A stretch of DNA of 64,000 nt. Origin: Elusimicrobia bacterium GWB2_63_16 (GTDB lineage: Bacteria; Elusimicrobiota; Elusimicrobia; Elusimicrobiales; UBA9959). Within the stretch, counting starts at the first letter, position 1. The number at the start of each line of letters is the position of its first letter. The notes beneath the pieces are model-generated. The model worked only from the letters and a program-made list of their open reading frames with translations. It was not told the origin of the DNA and searched no databases. The DNA lies in NCBI GenBank assembly GCA_001799715.1, contig MGTZ01000041.1:35420-99419 (forward strand), written 5' to 3'. A program made the translations under genes and the position numbers. Shown here piece by piece: positions 61,282 through 64,000 of the stretch.

Positions 61282-61653
61282 TTACTTCCTGCTCTGCAGG
61301 AACTTCTCTATCCTGAGTTTCAGGTGTTCCACATTGGCCGGCTTGGTGATGTATTCTTCTATGCCCAGGCCGTAGCCGCGCTGTATGTTGGCTTCCTGCT
61401 TCAGAGAGGTCATCATGAAGATGGGGATGTTCTTCGTGGCGGGATTTTCCTTCAGTTTTTTGGCCACGTCGAACCCCGACATCCTGGGCATGTTGATGTC
61501 CAGCAGCAGCAGGTCGGGCTGGAAGGCTTCCGCCTTGACCAGGCCCTCGGGGCCGTCGTAGGCTTCCTCGATGATGTGGCCTGACTTGGTGAGGTAGGCC
61601 CGGCAGATGAGGTGTATGGTCTCGTCGTCGTCGATGATCAGTATTTTCGCCAT
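61282..61653 (-). CDS. Single-domain response regulator
   Basis: ILIIDDD, LLDINMP, MT, KP. Confidence 0.95.
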   Translation of the reverse strand: MAKILIIDDDETIHLICRAYLTKSGHIIEEAYDGPEGLVKAEAFQPDLLLLDINMPRMSGFDVAKKLKENPATKNIPIFMMTSLKQEANIQRGYGLGIEEYITKPANVEHLKLRIEKFLQSRK

Positions 61654-61704
61654 TTTAAAACGTCCCGGCCCCCCTGCAGAGGGAGGCCGGGCGTAGTTGT
61701 TTCC

Positions 61705-62433
61705 TTAATTCAGCAGCTGCGCGCTCTTGATATAGTCGAGGTTGGGGAAGTCCGCCTTCAGGTAGGCGTTGCCCTTCATCTGCACGCGGCCCTGGTCGGG
61801 GCCGTTGCCGGACGGGGCGCCCTCGCCGTAGCCGGAGTAGATGCTCTCCACTACGTCCATGCCCTCGGTCACCTTGCCGAAGGGGGAGAAACCCATGTCG
61901 TCGAGGCGGGCGTTGTCTCCGTAGTTGATGAAGAACTGGGTGGTGCGGGTATTGGGGCCGGCCATCGCGTAGGAGATATAGCCCTTGGCGTTGCTCTGCT
62001 TCACGGGGTCGTCCTGTATGCGGGCGCCGCGCCAGGCGGAGGCCACCTCGGGGTCGCCGTGTATGCCGAACTGCACCATGAAGCCCTCTATGACGCGGAA
62101 GAAGGCGACGTCGGCGAAGAAGCCGGCCTTGACCAGGTTGTAGAAGCGGTCGGCGCCGAGGGGCGACCAGGCGCGGGTGACTTCCAGGACGAAGTCGCCT
62201 TTGGTGGTGGCGAATTTAACCTTGAAGGTGTCGGGGGCTTTTTCGGTAGCTTTGGAAGGGTTTTTGAGCGTGTCCATAACCGGTGTCATCTCCTTGTAGT
62301 TTCCCTGTGCCGCCGAGGCCGGCGGCGCCGAGGGGGCGGCCTGCTGCGCGTGGTCCTGCATTTCCGGCGCCTTGGGGGAGCAGGAAACGGCGAGGAACGC
62401 GGCAGAAAGTATCGCTAAGTGGCGGATGTTCAT
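61705..62433 (-). CDS. Cyclophilin-type PPIase lipoprotein
   Basis: Lipobox AVSC; FFRVIEGFMVQFG, TQFFIN, PFGKVTEGMDVV. Confidence 0.92.
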   Translation of the reverse strand: MNIRHLAILSAAFLAVSCSPKAPEMQDHAQQAAPSAPPASAAQGNYKEMTPVMDTLKNPSKATEKAPDTFKVKFATTKGDFVLEVTRAWSPLGADRFYNLVKAGFFADVAFFRVIEGFMVQFGIHGDPEVASAWRGARIQDDPVKQSNAKGYISYAMAGPNTRTTQFFINYGDNARLDDMGFSPFGKVTEGMDVVESIYSGYGEGAPSGNGPDQGRVQMKGNAYLKADFPNLDYIKSAQLLN

Positions 62434-62510
62434 ATTACTGTATCCTCCTTAACGGAATGTGACGAGAGATAAGTATTATAATAAATCGGAGCGGGACTTT
62501 AGGAGGAAAT

Positions 62511-62912
62511 ATGGGTTTCAAGATCAGCGCCGAATACACCGGTGACGACCGCGTGGAGCTTACCCACGGCCTAAGCGGCAGCAAGATGGTCACCGACCTG
62601 CCGCCCGACAACGGCGGCCGGGGCCGCACCTTCTCCCCTACCGACCTGGCCGCGGCCTCGGTGGCCTCCTGCGTGCTGACCATCATGGCCAAGATAGCCG
62701 AGCGCAACGGCATAGATTTTAAAGGTTCCTCCTTCGAGATAGAGAAGCACATGCAGGAGAGCCCGCGGCGCATAGCCCGCCTGACCGGCGTCATCACCCT
62801 GCCGCCCGGACTGGACCCCGCGCAGCGAGAGAAGCTGCTGGCCGCCGTGCGGGCCTGCCCGGTCAGCCGCAGCCTGCACCCGGACATAGCGCTGGAGTTC
62901 GAGTACCGCTAA
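62511..62912 (+). CDS. OsmC family protein
   Basis: FSPTDL..ASC, ACPVSRSL. Confidence 0.9.
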   Translation: MGFKISAEYTGDDRVELTHGLSGSKMVTDLPPDNGGRGRTFSPTDLAAASVASCVLTIMAKIAERNGIDFKGSSFEIEKHMQESPRRIARLTGVITLPPGLDPAQREKLLAAVRACPVSRSLHPDIALEFEYR

Positions 62913-63560
62913 ATGAAGAAAACCGCTCTGCTGCTGTTCCCCGTACTCGCGTTGGCCGCTCTGGGCCTCTGGGCTTACGACAACCTGACGGCGCCTATGG
63001 GCAGTTTCTTCGCCGACGGCGCCGGCCTGATAATGGCGCTCGCGCGCCTGACCGGCATCCTGGGCGCCCTCGGCGTGATGGGGCAGATCCTGCTGATGTC
63101 GCGGGCCCCCTGGCTGGCGCCGCTTACCGGCGGCGTTCCGCCGGTTAAATGGCATCACCGGGCCGGCATGGTCATCCCGCTGCTGCTGCTGGCGCACCCG
63201 CCGCTGGCCGCCTGGCACCATTCGCTGCTGTCCGGGGTCCCTTTCGCGGAGCAATACCTGTCCATCCTGGGCTGGGAGGACGTGCCGCTGGCCGCGGCCG
63301 GTCTGGCGCTGATAGTCGCCGCGGCTCTGCTGTCGCTGGACTACTTCCGCCGCCGCCTGCCCTACGCCCTCTGGCAGCGGCTGCACCTGGGAGTCTACGC
63401 CGGGCTGGCCCTGTCGGTGGGCCACCAGCTGGAACTCGGCGGCGACCTGTCGGCCGAGCTGCCTTACTTCTCCTGGGCCTGGTACGGCCTGCTGGCCTTT
63501 ACGGCCGGCAGCGCGCTGTGGTTCCGGCTGCTGAAGCCTAAGTTCGGAGCGAAAGCATGA
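62913..63560 (+). CDS. Ferric reductase-like transmembrane (MsrQ-like) heme protein
   Basis: Multi-TM with His at KWHH, LAH, WQRLH, VGH; no FAD/NAD domain. Confidence 0.8.
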   Translation: MKKTALLLFPVLALAALGLWAYDNLTAPMGSFFADGAGLIMALARLTGILGALGVMGQILLMSRAPWLAPLTGGVPPVKWHHRAGMVIPLLLLAHPPLAAWHHSLLSGVPFAEQYLSILGWEDVPLAAAGLALIVAAALLSLDYFRRRLPYALWQRLHLGVYAGLALSVGHQLELGGDLSAELPYFSWAWYGLLAFTAGSALWFRLLKPKFGAKA

Positions 63561-64000
63561 AAAAGGTAAAACTTTTCGCGCTGGCCGCGGCCGCGCTGCT
63601 TTGCGCCTGCGGAGCGGATACGGAGAAAAAGCTTATGGACGAAAACAAGAAACTCGAGACCGCCACGCTGGCCGGCGGCTGTTTTTGGGGCATGGAGGAG
63701 ATACTGCGCGAGCTGCCCGGCGTGGAGGACCCCGTGGTGGGCTACTGCGGCGGCAAGACCGAAAACCCCGTCTACGAGCAGGTGAAGACCGGGACCACCG
63801 GTCACGCCGAGACCATACAGTTCCGCTTCGACCCGGCCAAGATCTCCTACGCCGCCATCCTGGACATGTTCTTCAAGATGCACGACCCGACCACGCCGAA
63901 CCGGCAGGGCAACGACGCGGGCACGCAGTACCGCTCCGTAATTTTCTATCATGACGAGGGGCAGCGGCTGGAGGCCGGGGCGGCCGTAAAGCGCGCGCAG
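63557..64000 (+). CDS. msrA: Methionine sulfoxide reductase A, lipoprotein (truncated by window end)
   Basis: Manually read MKKVKLFALAAAALLCACG...LAGGCFWGME...TGHAE...HDPT..NRQGND.GTQYRS. Confidence 0.93.
   Translation, partial: MKKVKLFALAAAALLCACGADTEKKLMDENKKLETATLAGGCFWGMEEILRELPGVEDPVVGYCGGKTENPVYEQVKTGTTGHAETIQFRFDPAKISYAAILDMFFKMHDPTTPNRQGNDAGTQYRSVIFYHDEGQRLEAGAAVKRAQ

Overview
A GC-rich bacterial chromosome segment with about 55 genes. It looks diderm, and the many signal-peptide proteins plus a PorV-like barrel fragment suggest Elusimicrobiota (inference only). Contents: housekeeping and DNA-repair genes (recQ, rnhA, AddB-like nuclease, PIF1-WYL helicase, radC, tex, dinB, DEDDh exonuclease, SRAP, sirtuin); an argR/argGH unit with tandem ARG boxes next to a secreted deiminase; an Rhs polymorphic-toxin locus (TPR-barrel, barrel, signal-peptide Rhs, orphan Rhs cassette, two HExxH tips); a response regulator-HEAT-GT2-phosphatase-LTA synthase envelope-polymer locus; and an osmC-MsrQ-like-msrA unit cut by the window end. 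No rRNA, tRNA, CRISPR or transposase was recognised. The strongest hidden signal is a recurring promoter, CCGACA-N6-TGTCGG-N10-TANNNT, before recQ, radC and an ORF6N gene, plus one orphan copy. It matches the -26 geometry of WYL-type activators (PafBC class) and suggests a LexA-independent DNA-damage regulon. Also notable are a ~130-nt leader with a perfect anti-Shine-Dalgarno helix before a secreted MBL nuclease, and a second palindrome recurring upstream of secreted-protein genes.
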